Source: Gemmatimonadota bacterium
Lineage (GTDB): Bacteria > Gemmatimonadota > Gemmatimonadetes > Gemmatimonadales > GWC2-71-9
DNA length: 12,828 nt
Reading direction: 5' to 3'
Assembly: GCA_039591655.1 (NCBI GenBank)
Contig: JBDHDE010000067.1
Coordinates: forward strand, 1 to 12,828
In this document: positions 1 to 7,516 of the stretch, in pieces
How positions within the stretch are numbered: the stretch's first letter is position 1
Layout: the number at the start of each line of letters is the position of its first letter
Translations under genes and position numbers: made by a program
Notes under the pieces: generated by a model
What the model saw: only the letters and a program-made list of their open reading frames with translations
What the model was told of the DNA's origin: nothing
The model's database searches: none

Positions 1-551
1 TCGCCCACGTCGCTCACGACGTTGAGCGCCCGCTCGGCAGCTGCCAGGGTGGTCTGCACCTGACCGGTCATGTCCGAGGACATGATGTCCTGCGCCCGCA
101 GCAACGTGCGGGTCGCCTCCTCGGCGAGCGCCACCGCACTCTCGGACAGCTCCGACTCGTTCACGCCCGCGATCATGGCGTCGTTGGGCAGGGGCTCTTC
201 GGCCGTGCCCGGCGAGTACGCCACGAACTTGCTGCCCAGGAAGTCGAGGGAGCGGATCTCGGCGCGGGCATCCACCCGCGGACTGACCTCCTCACGGATC
301 TGGAGGTCGGTCACCACGCGCCCTACCTGCTCCAGCCTCACCCTGGCTACGCGGCCCACGGTGACCCCGGAGATCTGGACCGGGTCGCCGGCGGTCAGCC
401 CGCTCACCGTCTCGAATCTCACCGGGACCATCATCATGCCTCGGCCGGTGAGCGACTCGCCGGTGAGCCACAGCAGCCCGCCGAACATGATGGCCAGCGC
501 GGCGAGCACCAGCACGCCGACCGTTATTTCCTGTTTGTAGTAGAGATCCAT
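1..551 (-). CDS. mlaD: MlaD/MCE family protein, partial (3' end outside window)
   Basis: Not in the ORF track because it runs off the edge. Translated by hand from ATG at 551: MDLYYKQEITVGVLVLAALAIMFGGLLWLTG...VRFETVSGLTAGDPVQISGVTVGRVARVRL...DARAEIRSLDFLGSKFVAYSPG. This is an N-terminal TM anchor plus an MCE domain (GL..G..V...GV.VG.V and LG.K.V...PG), located directly after mlaF. Confidence 0.93.
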   Translation of the reverse strand, partial: MDLYYKQEITVGVLVLAALAIMFGGLLWLTGESLTGRGMMMVPVRFETVSGLTAGDPVQISGVTVGRVARVRLEQVGRVVTDLQIREEVSPRVDARAEIRSLDFLGSKFVAYSPGTAEEPLPNDAMIAGVNESELSESAVALAEEATRTLLRAQDIMSSDMTGQVQTTLAAAERALNVVSDVG

Positions 552-563
552 GGCGATCCCCGC

Positions 564-1313
564 TCAGCGGACCACGGCGGAACCGAAGTCCCGCTCGAGG
601 AACTGTCGCACTGCCTGATCGTCGCTGTCCCGGAGCTCGTCGGGCGTGCCGACCTTCCGGATCTTCCCCTCACTCAGCAGAGCCACGCGGTCTCCCACCC
701 GGAACGATCCCCGCACGTCATGCGACACCACAACACTGGTGACGCCGAGCTCTTTCTGCAACTTCCCGATCAACGCGTCGATGATATCGGCGTTCACCGG
801 ATCGAGCCCCGAGGTGGGCTCATCATAGAGAAGATACGTGGGCTGCCCCGCGATGGCCCGGGCGATCCCCACGCGCTTCCTCATCCCACCCGACAGGTCC
901 GCGGGGAACGTCTCCGCCGACGTGGGCGGGAGGTTGACCAGATCGAGGCACTCCTGCACCCGCGTGTGGCAGAAGATGTCGTCGTTAGCGGAGGCTGGGT
1001 CGGTGATCCCCAGCTTGATGTTCTCGAACACCGACAGCGAGTCGAACAGCGCCCCGAACTGGAACACGTAGCCGATCCTCGTCCGGAGCCGCGCCAGTTC
1101 CTTACGGTCCAGAGTCGCCACCGGTTGGCCGTCCACGTAGACCTCCCCCGCGTCGGGGTGGATGAGCCCGTTGATGTGCTTGAGCAGCACGCTCTTGCCC
1201 ACCCCCGACGGTCCGAGGAGCGCCACCGTCTCGCCGCGCTGGACGTCGAAGTCGACGCCGTCCAGCACGATGTTGTCGCCGAAGCGCTTGTGGATGCCGA
1301 CCAGGCGTATCAC
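564..1313 (-). CDS. mlaF: MlaF-type ABC transporter ATP-binding protein
   Basis: Walker A GPSGVGKS, Q-loop FQFGALFDSL, signature LSGGMRKRVGIARA, Walker B LLYDEPTSGLDP, H-loop SHD. The GTG start overlaps the mlaE stop (GTGA). Confidence 0.95.
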   Translation of the reverse strand: MIRLVGIHKRFGDNIVLDGVDFDVQRGETVALLGPSGVGKSVLLKHINGLIHPDAGEVYVDGQPVATLDRKELARLRTRIGYVFQFGALFDSLSVFENIKLGITDPASANDDIFCHTRVQECLDLVNLPPTSAETFPADLSGGMRKRVGIARAIAGQPTYLLYDEPTSGLDPVNADIIDALIGKLQKELGVTSVVVSHDVRGSFRVGDRVALLSEGKIRKVGTPDELRDSDDQAVRQFLERDFGSAVVR

Positions 1314-2140
1314 AGCAACAACTCCGACAGTATCGCGTCTACCGCGAGGATCAGCACCGAACTCGACACCACCGCAGCCGTCGTTGCTTTACCCACCCCC
1401 TCGGCGCCCTTGCCGGTGTTGAACCCCATGTAGCACGGCACCAACGTGACCGCGACTCCGAAGAAGAGTGCCTTGAAGAGCGAGTACCACAGGTCGTACG
1501 GCCGGAAGAAGTAGCGCGCACCGTAGATGAAGTCGTAGTTCGAGATGTCAAGTGCGTGCCGCGCGGCGACCCATCCGGAGAGGATCCCCACGACGTCGGC
1601 GAAGATCACGAGCACCGGGAGCATGAGGGTGCCCGCCAGGACCCGTGGAATGATCAAGTGCGACACCGAAGAGCGGCCCAGGCTCTCGAGGGCGTCGATC
1701 TGCTCCGTCACCCGCATGGTGCCGAGCTCGGCCGCGTAGCGCGCCCCCACCCGCCCAGCCAGGATCAGCGCCGTGAGCACCGGCCCCAGCTCGAGGATCA
1801 GGGACTGGGTGATGACCCCCGCCGCAAAGTACACGGGGATCGTGCCCGTGAACTGGTAGCCCGCTTGGAGCGACGTCACGCCGCCCGCGAACCCGGCGGT
1901 CAGCAGCACGATGAACAGCGATCCCACACCCACCTGGTAGGCCTGCTCCGAGGTGCGGGGGAGCCAGATGCGCCACTCCGGGATGGCTCGAAAGATCTCT
2001 AAGACCAGGTACGAGACACGACCCATGTGGGTCGCTGCCAGCAGGAGGAGCCGGCCCGCGTAGCGCCGTACGTCGAGCTTGGCGGGACCCTTGATGGGGA
2101 TTCGGTAGGCCGTGGAGAGGCGCCAGCGGTCGTCAGTCAT
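1310..2140 (-). CDS. mlaE: MlaE-type ABC transporter permease
   Basis: Motifs ELGPVLTALILAGRVGA, AELGTMRVTEQIDALESLG, PRVLA and GAEGVGKATTAAVV are diagnostic of MlaE. Confidence 0.95.
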   Translation of the reverse strand: MTDDRWRLSTAYRIPIKGPAKLDVRRYAGRLLLLAATHMGRVSYLVLEIFRAIPEWRIWLPRTSEQAYQVGVGSLFIVLLTAGFAGGVTSLQAGYQFTGTIPVYFAAGVITQSLILELGPVLTALILAGRVGARYAAELGTMRVTEQIDALESLGRSSVSHLIIPRVLAGTLMLPVLVIFADVVGILSGWVAARHALDISNYDFIYGARYFFRPYDLWYSLFKALFFGVAVTLVPCYMGFNTGKGAEGVGKATTAAVVSSSVLILAVDAILSELLL

Positions 2141-2146
2141 GCAAAC

Positions 2147-2608
2147 CTAGAACGCTTCCCACGCGAAGAGCGCGATGACGGCCAGCGCACCCGCCACGCA
2201 GGAGACGATCATGAGTCGCTTGCGGTATACCTCGAACGCCGGCGGCAGCTCCCCCTTCGGAGACGTGATCGCGAGGCCGCCCATGCGGACCGCCGTGGGC
2301 AGGGCCACGAACAGCACCATGAGCCCGGCGGCAAGCCCCACCACGATCATCACCCAGAGCTTCGGCTCCTGGAGCAGCGCACCCATCCCGCTGCCGGAGA
2401 GTCCCATGGTCAGCAGCACTCCGGACGCGAGGACCAACAGCGCCCCGAGGCCGATGACGCTGGTCTGCACCCTTGCCAGGAGTCGGAAGACCCCCGCGCG
2501 GATCTCGTTGCTCTCCTGCCGCGCGCCCAGGGCGATGACCATGGCGCCCAGGGCTCCGCCGATCCACATGCACATACCCAGCGAGTGAATGAACTTGATC
2601 AGCGTCAC
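2147..2608 (-). CDS. Hypothetical 4-TM membrane protein (DUF2269/CopD-like topology)
   Basis: Four hydrophobic segments, N-terminal 'KFIH...WIGG', 'LASG' and a W/K-containing motif before TM3. The GTG start overlaps the upstream stop and is preceded by GGAGG. Confidence 0.8.
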   Translation of the reverse strand: MTLIKFIHSLGMCMWIGGALGAMVIALGARQESNEIRAGVFRLLARVQTSVIGLGALLVLASGVLLTMGLSGSGMGALLQEPKLWVMIVVGLAAGLMVLFVALPTAVRMGGLAITSPKGELPPAFEVYRKRLMIVSCVAGALAVIALFAWEAF

Positions 2609-3039
2609 CCGTCGGCCTCCCCACTCCTGAGCTCCGCGGTCAGCGGCTGGCGTCCCGCGTACCCGGTATCCACCTCGTGCCAGTAGCCGATCTCCGTCTC
2701 GCCCAGCTGCCAGCAGAGAAAGACGTCCCGGTCGTCCAGGCGGCTGTGGAAGTCCACCAGCCCACCGTCGAACCCCTTGAACACACAGCCCACCGACGAA
2801 AGCTCGTCGATGTGCTCATTGATACGCTGGGCAACCCGGTCGACCTCGACCCGCAGCTCCTCCTGCTCGTCGGTCTCGCCCTGCGCCGCGGTGCGGTCTG
2901 CCGCTATGACCTCGTAGCGGAAGATGCAGTCCCGCCACCTCTTGTACTCAGCCACGATGTCCTCGACGATGCGGCTGATGTACGGGATCGTGGCGTTCGC
3001 CTCGTCCAGCGTGAAGTACTTGACAGCCGTCTCCGCCAT
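2605..3039 (-). CDS. DUF2203 domain-containing protein
   Basis: YFTLDEANATIP at the N-terminus and GLVDF...VFLCWQLGE.EI.YWH....GYAGRQPL at the C-terminus match DUF2203. Start placed at ATG 3039 (GGGAAGG upstream). The ORF-track extension to 3168 overlaps patatin and is rejected. Confidence 0.88.
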   Translation of the reverse strand: MAETAVKYFTLDEANATIPYISRIVEDIVAEYKRWRDCIFRYEVIAADRTAAQGETDEQEELRVEVDRVAQRINEHIDELSSVGCVFKGFDGGLVDFHSRLDDRDVFLCWQLGETEIGYWHEVDTGYAGRQPLTAELRSGEADG

Positions 3040-3091
3040 AGCCCTTCCCGATACCGGAGGGGGGATAGGCCCCAGAAACTGGCTAGGCCGA

Positions 3092-3100
3092 AAGGTAACA
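3092..3100 (-). promoter_or_regulatory. Putative extended -10 promoter element (TGtTACCTT)
   Basis: The minus strand reads TG-T-TACCTT just after the patatin stop, about 50 nt upstream of the DUF2203 start. It resembles the TATCTT boxes elsewhere in the window. Confidence 0.4.
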
Positions 3101-3106
3101 AGGAGG

Positions 3107-3955
3107 TCAGCCAACCCCCAGGAAGCGGTGCAGTGTCCGCGTGGCCTCCCGATAGCCTTCCTCCACATAGCGGATCACCTCGCCCACCGCGAATGTAGCA
3201 CGCTGCTCGAGGTGTGGCCTCACCAACAACAGGGGCACCGGATCGTCCTTCCAGCGTCCGATGGCCTCCTCGGTCTGTGCCGCCATGAGGAAGCGCATGG
3301 CATCATTGTGGGCCTGGAGCATGGGCGGCACGAGCAGGCCCTCCGCCGGCTCGGAAAAGAAGGACGGGCCCACGGCCACCGCCACCAGCAGGTCGGGCTC
3401 AAACTCCCGGGCCACGTCCAAGGGCAGCACCGCTCTCAGGCCGCCGTCCACGTACTCCCGGTCGCCGATCGAGGCCGGCGGGTAGTACAGCGGCAATGCG
3501 CACGAGGCGTACAACGCCTCCACGAGCGGGACGCCCTCCAACCCGCCCTCACCAAACAGCACCAGCTGCCCGTTCCGGTTGTCGACGGCGGTTACGGTGA
3601 GGGGGGTGCGGAGCTCCGAGAACCGCCGGGCGGGAACGAGGCTGCGGATGGTGTCCTTGAGCGGCTCGGCCCTGAGGAAGCTCCGGGCGAGCGGCCCCAA
3701 GAGCAGGCCGGGGGAGGGCCGGGCCACGTCGGACCGCGTCACCAGCATCATCCGCTTGAGCACCTCGTCGTAGCTCAACCCGCTGGCGAACGCCGCCGCC
3801 ACGACCGCCCCCATGGAGGTGCCCACGTAATGCCTCGGACCGAGGCCCCACTCCTGCAGCGACCGCATGGCCCCGACGTGGGCCGCCGCCCGGGCACCCC
3901 CACCGCTCATCACGCACACCACCCTCTCGTACTTCGTCGCCTCGCTCGACGTCAT
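3107..3955 (-). CDS. Patatin-like phospholipase family protein
   Basis: Oxyanion motif SGGGARAAAHVG, nucleophile GTSMG, ASCALP and catalytic DGG. The ATG overlaps the thioesterase stop (ATGA). Confidence 0.93.
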   Translation of the reverse strand: MTSSEATKYERVVCVMSGGGARAAAHVGAMRSLQEWGLGPRHYVGTSMGAVVAAAFASGLSYDEVLKRMMLVTRSDVARPSPGLLLGPLARSFLRAEPLKDTIRSLVPARRFSELRTPLTVTAVDNRNGQLVLFGEGGLEGVPLVEALYASCALPLYYPPASIGDREYVDGGLRAVLPLDVAREFEPDLLVAVAVGPSFFSEPAEGLLVPPMLQAHNDAMRFLMAAQTEEAIGRWKDDPVPLLLVRPHLEQRATFAVGEVIRYVEEGYREATRTLHRFLGVG

Positions 3956-4434
3956 CGCCCCGGCCGCTTCCTCCTGAGATCCCGGCGGGCCTTGGCCTCC
4001 TCGTGGCGCCGCCTCTCATCGTCGGTCTGCGGCAGCACCGGCGCCACGGGCCGCGGTCGCTCCTCGTCGTCGATGGCCACGAAGGTGAGATAGCAGCTGT
4101 TGGTGTGACGCCGTCTGCCCGTCGCCACCTGTTCGGCCTCCACCCGCACACCCACCTCCATGGAGGTGCGCCCCACGAAGTTCACGCTCGCGCGCGCCGT
4201 CACCAACTCGCCCACGTGGATCGGCTCCCGGAAGTCCACCTGATCGACCGACACCGTGACGCACGGCCCGCCTGCGTGGCGGATCGCCGCTACCGCTGCC
4301 GCCCGGTCGACAAGCGAGAGGATCACCCCGCCGAACACGTTGCCGAGCACGTTCGCCATGTGCGGCATCATGAGCTCCGTCATCACGGCTTGCGAGTCCC
4401 GAACAGACCGGGGAGGGAGGTCGCCGGCTGTCAT
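3952..4434 (-). CDS. Acyl-CoA thioesterase (hotdog fold, YciA-like)
   Basis: MMPHMANVLGNVFGGVILSLVD, CVTVSVDQVDF.EPI.VG, VNFVGRTSMEVGV.V and TFVAID. Start placed at ATG 4434 (GAGGGG upstream) rather than GTG 4476. Confidence 0.93.
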   Translation of the reverse strand: MTAGDLPPRSVRDSQAVMTELMMPHMANVLGNVFGGVILSLVDRAAAVAAIRHAGGPCVTVSVDQVDFREPIHVGELVTARASVNFVGRTSMEVGVRVEAEQVATGRRRHTNSCYLTFVAIDDEERPRPVAPVLPQTDDERRRHEEAKARRDLRRKRPGR

Positions 4435-4498
4435 TGCCCCTCGACGTAGCCCTTCATTGCGGCCTGATCTCTTCACGCAGCGTGAACTGGAGTGCCAT
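4431..4498 (-). pseudogene. Probable internally deleted gene remnant (SRPBCC/START-like ends)
   Basis: Strong SD GAAGGAG (4510-4504), 5-nt spacer, then ATG 4498 giving MALQFTLREEI(RPQ*). A second frame gives AAMKGYVEGQ*, whose TGA (4433-4431) overlaps the thioesterase ATG. The family assignment is from recalled resemblance only. Confidence 0.55.
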
Positions 4499-4551
4499 GG
4501 GGACTCCTTCGGGAGGGTCGGGTTGGCCGAGCGCAGCGCGGACGCCGCCGC

Positions 4552-4956
4552 TCACAGCAAGATGATCATGTTGTACAGATGCGCGAGGATCCATGCGTAC
4601 GCCATTACGACGAACCCCAGCTTGAGCATCAGGAGCACCCGCTCGGGGGAGCCCTTCACCAAGTTCCTCCACCCTCTTCCGGCGTCCACCTCGACCGCCG
4701 AGAGCGAGCCGCCCCGTGCCGTGACGACGATCCGCAACGCCGCCTCCAGGAGGTCGGTCCCCAAGGCGCAGATCAGGAAGAACGCTGCGATAGCCAGCTG
4801 AATGGTGAGGGCGGTGCCGAAGGGGCCTTCCTGTCTGAACGCCCACACGCATGCGATCCCCGCGAAGGCGATGTGCCGCACGCGGTCGCTGAGGGACGAG
4901 AATTGCTGCACCAGGTCGGCGGCGACGCTCGGGCGATCCGCTTGGAATGCTGCCAT
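4552..4956 (-). CDS. Hypothetical small membrane protein (about 3 TM)
   Basis: 134-aa ORF filling the gap after nadE, with GAGGA SD at the nadE stop. Hydrophobic segments are IAFAGIACVWAF, LAIAAFFLICALG and LLMLKLGFVVMAYAWILAHL. Confidence 0.72.
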   Translation of the reverse strand: MAAFQADRPSVAADLVQQFSSLSDRVRHIAFAGIACVWAFRQEGPFGTALTIQLAIAAFFLICALGTDLLEAALRIVVTARGGSLSAVEVDAGRGWRNLVKGSPERVLLMLKLGFVVMAYAWILAHLYNMIILL

Positions 4957-4968
4957 ATGCTCGATCCT

Positions 4969-6771
4969 CTAGTAGTCCACCGGCCGCAAGTAGCTCTCAC
5001 CTATGGTAGTGCTGCTCACCATGGCGACGGTGGGCAACCTGCGCTTCCAGTGCGTGGAGTGTAACCGCCGGCTCACCAGCTCGACCTCGGCGGCCGTGAA
5101 CCCGCGGGCAACGATCCGGTGCTGCTTGAGCCCCAGCAAGAGCCAGTGGAGAATGCGGTCTGCCTTCTCATAGCTGATTCCCAAATCGGCCTCGTCGGTC
5201 TGGCCCGCCACGAGGTCGGCGGTGGCCGGCTTGTCCACGACGGCGCCGGGGACGCCCAGGTGCCCGGCCAGGGCGATGACCTGGCTCTTGAACAGGTCGC
5301 CCAGCGGGTTCACCGGCGGGGAGTCGTCGGCGTGCCAGGTGAAATAGCCCAGCAGACGCTCGGTCTTGTTTCCGGTGCCCAGGGGGAGCGCGCCGTACTT
5401 CGCCGAGAGATCGAACAGCGTGATCATCCGCATGCGCGCCATCACGTTGCCGCGGCGGGTGGGATCGGCATCCCTGTCTGCCGCTTCCAGGTAGGCGTCC
5501 ACCGCCCCGCTGATGTCCACCGTGAGAAGTTCGATCCCCAGCTCCTGCGCCACCAGCTCGGCGTGCTCCAGGCTCTCCTTGCTCGACGTCCTGTACGGCA
5601 TCCGCACGCCGATCACGTTCCCGTTGCCGAGCGCACGGGTCGCGAGGACGGCTGTGACGGAGCTGTCCACGCCGCCCGAGAGCCCCACGAGGCCCTTCTC
5701 GAACCCGCGGCGGCGCACCACCTCGTCACGCAGGAACGCCACCAGCCATTGCTCGGTGAGGGCGGCGTCAATGACCATGGGATCGCCGCCCTCGCTGGGA
5801 GCCAGGATCGCATGCTCGACCTTTGCGGCGGGCTTGGCGGTGCGGGGACACTCGTCCTCTACGTCGTACTCCAGCGGCGGCGCCTGACCCTCGGATCCCT
5901 CCAGCAGGTTGAGGAACTGCATCTCGAGATCGGCCAGGAGCGGCTGCTCGGAGCGCGCCCGGGTGATCTCGTCCTGCTGGACCGTGGCGGTGAGGAGCGC
6001 CTCCTCGAACAGCGGTCCGCGCACCAGCACCCCGCCGTGGGGATCGACCACCAGGGAGCTTCCCTGGAGGCCCTTGCCTCCCTCGAACCCGCCGAGCTGC
6101 GCAAAGGTCACGTAGAGCCCGTGCTCGCTCGCAATCTGCCGGGCCAGGATCTCCCACCGTCTGACGCTGGCCGGCCGCTCCCGGTCCTCACCCTTCTCAT
6201 GGTCTGGCGAGATCCCCCGGGCGGGGGAGGCGCTGGGGACGATGAGGAGTTGGGCGCCGTCCAGTGCGGCGAGGGTGGGAACGATGGTGTGCCACGCGTC
6301 CTCGCATATAGCGATCGCCGCCCGGCCCCACGCGGTGTCGAACGCCCGCACCGAGTGGCCGTGGTCCACGAACCGCTCTTCGTCGAACAGCCCGTATGTC
6401 GGTAGAAACACCTTGCGGTGCACGTGCCTGATCCCCGGCTCGGAACCGCCCAGCGTGGCGTACAGCGCCGAGTTGTAGTAGCGGTTGCGGAACTCCTCGT
6501 AGAATCCAATGACCACATCCACCGGCGGGGCGCCGGCCAAGGCGTGCTGCGCCGAGAGATCCCGGAAGACTGTCCCCGCCGTGACGGCGAGCTCCCGCAC
6601 CCCGCCCTCGAGGAAGTAGCCGGTGAGCGCGGCTTCGGGGAACACGACCAGCTGTGGTGGCTCATCCAACCCGGCTGCCTGCGCCAACACGCCGCCCACC
6701 CGCCGCAGGTTCTCTGCGTAGTCGCCCTTGGTGGGGCGAGTTTGGGCGATCATCAGACGGAGGTCGGGCAT
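4969..6771 (-). CDS. nadE: Glutamine-dependent NAD+ synthetase (nitrilase-family glutaminase domain fused to synthetase domain)
   Basis: N-terminal C-N hydrolase triad contexts FPEAAL, RKVFLPTYGLFDEERF and ICEDAW. C-terminal PP-loop GLSGGVDS, GNVMARMRM, GTGNKTE.LLGY, PLGDLFK and KPATADL..GQTDE. Confidence 0.96.
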   Translation of the reverse strand: MPDLRLMIAQTRPTKGDYAENLRRVGGVLAQAAGLDEPPQLVVFPEAALTGYFLEGGVRELAVTAGTVFRDLSAQHALAGAPPVDVVIGFYEEFRNRYYNSALYATLGGSEPGIRHVHRKVFLPTYGLFDEERFVDHGHSVRAFDTAWGRAAIAICEDAWHTIVPTLAALDGAQLLIVPSASPARGISPDHEKGEDRERPASVRRWEILARQIASEHGLYVTFAQLGGFEGGKGLQGSSLVVDPHGGVLVRGPLFEEALLTATVQQDEITRARSEQPLLADLEMQFLNLLEGSEGQAPPLEYDVEDECPRTAKPAAKVEHAILAPSEGGDPMVIDAALTEQWLVAFLRDEVVRRRGFEKGLVGLSGGVDSSVTAVLATRALGNGNVIGVRMPYRTSSKESLEHAELVAQELGIELLTVDISGAVDAYLEAADRDADPTRRGNVMARMRMITLFDLSAKYGALPLGTGNKTERLLGYFTWHADDSPPVNPLGDLFKSQVIALAGHLGVPGAVVDKPATADLVAGQTDEADLGISYEKADRILHWLLLGLKQHRIVARGFTAAEVELVSRRLHSTHWKRRLPTVAMVSSTTIGESYLRPVDY

Positions 6772-6777
6772 GGGGAG

Positions 6778-6783
6778 AAGATA
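6778..6783 (-). promoter_or_regulatory. Putative -10 box (TATCTT) of a leaderless nadE transcript
   Basis: The minus strand reads TATCTT-CTCCCC-ATG: a TANNNT hexamer 6 nt before the start codon, with a pyrimidine-rich upstream sequence and no SD. Confidence 0.6.
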
Positions 6784-6824
6784 GTGGAAGCCGGGGAGGG
6801 GCGGTAAGGACGAGGGCGCTACGA

Positions 6825-6855
6825 GGCCCCGAGCGCCCTGCAGGCGCCCGGGGCC
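6825..6855 (-). terminator. GC-rich stem-loop after the 6882-7364 gene (possible terminator or stabiliser, no U tract)
   Basis: GGCCCCGGGCGCC-TGCAG-GGCGCTCGGGGCC on the minus strand forms a 13-bp stem. The single irregular pair is G-U on minus but A-C on plus. Confidence 0.55.
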
Positions 6856-6881
6856 CAGGACCTCCCCTGCTGAAGTGTTGC

Positions 6882-7364
6882 CTACCAGCTCACCTCACCG
6901 TGCCACGAATTCGTGACTTTCCCATCCGGCATCGGGTCCCTGGCCGTCCAAGTTCCGCCGCCCGTCATGCCGGTGTACTTGCCCGCCCCGTTCGTCACTC
7001 CCCACTCCCCGCCCGCAGAGCCGCCGTTCCACCAGAGCCACCACATATTGCCCTCGCCGTCCCGGACAACGCAGTACCCGGCGGCGGTGAAGCTCATACC
7101 GTCCGCCTCGAAGACATAGGTACCCTTGCAGTCCTGGCTCGTCAGGTGGAACGGGCTCGCCTTGTCCTCGGTGATGGTGAACCCCAGGAAGCTGAGCGAA
7201 CGCACCGTGCGGCCGTCGGGAAGTTGATACTCCTCGGTACCTACAGGAGCGAGTAGCGTGTTGCCGTCCCCCGACCACGTCTGCTGCGCCTCGGCAGCCG
7301 TGGCAGCCCCCAGGCAGAGCAGGGCGGCGGCGGCCACGAGGGCGGTAGAGAATCTCCCGGTCAT
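6882..7364 (-). CDS. Secreted hypothetical protein, beta-rich (allene oxide cyclase/dirigent-like barrel possible)
   Basis: AGGAGGT SD before ATG 7364, signal peptide MTGRFSTALVAAAALLCLGAATAAEA|QQ, two Cys in the mature part and a 'WGVTNGAGKYTGMTGGGTW' motif. Confidence 0.8.
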   Translation of the reverse strand: MTGRFSTALVAAAALLCLGAATAAEAQQTWSGDGNTLLAPVGTEEYQLPDGRTVRSLSFLGFTITEDKASPFHLTSQDCKGTYVFEADGMSFTAAGYCVVRDGEGNMWWLWWNGGSAGGEWGVTNGAGKYTGMTGGGTWTARDPMPDGKVTNSWHGEVSW

Positions 7365-7483
7365 CGTCGGACCTCCTAGTAGAGTGGTTCTTCCCTTGAA
7401 GCGCGTGCAGAAACACAGCCCCCCGGGCTCACGCCCGGCGGACCACAGATCCACCCCACCTCCCCTGTATCTGTGTGGAAACG

Positions 7484-7503
7484 GACGAGCCAGCGGGCTC
7501 GCC
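7484..7503 (-). terminator. Stem-loop, possible terminator
   Basis: The minus strand reads GGCGAGCC-CGCT-GGCTCGTC (8 bp, one G-U) followed by CGTTTCC, 13 nt after the TAG at 7519-7517. Confidence 0.4.
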
Positions 7504-7516
7504 GGGAGTATCAGTC

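Noticed and set aside
3107..4956. Patatin plus small TM protein as a CBASS-like defence system
   Set aside because: There is no CD-NTase or other defence gene. The patatin is of the housekeeping RssA/NTE style and is coupled to a thioesterase.
2924..6405. Long antisense ORFs (2924-4093 +, 5119-6405 +, similarly 720-1433 +, 9456-10343 +, 11131-12123 -)
   Set aside because: These are shadow frames of well-supported genes in high-GC DNA, with no recognisable motifs.
4969..6771. Nitrilase-synthetase fusion as a novelty
   Set aside because: This is the standard architecture of glutamine-dependent NadE.
7455..7484. Plus-strand CCTCCCCTGTATCTGTGTGGAAACGG resembles the 3' end of the Moco/Wco riboswitch and lies near tupA
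   Set aside because: It is on the wrong strand and downstream of tupA, no plus-strand gene follows, and the rest of the motif is not recognisable.
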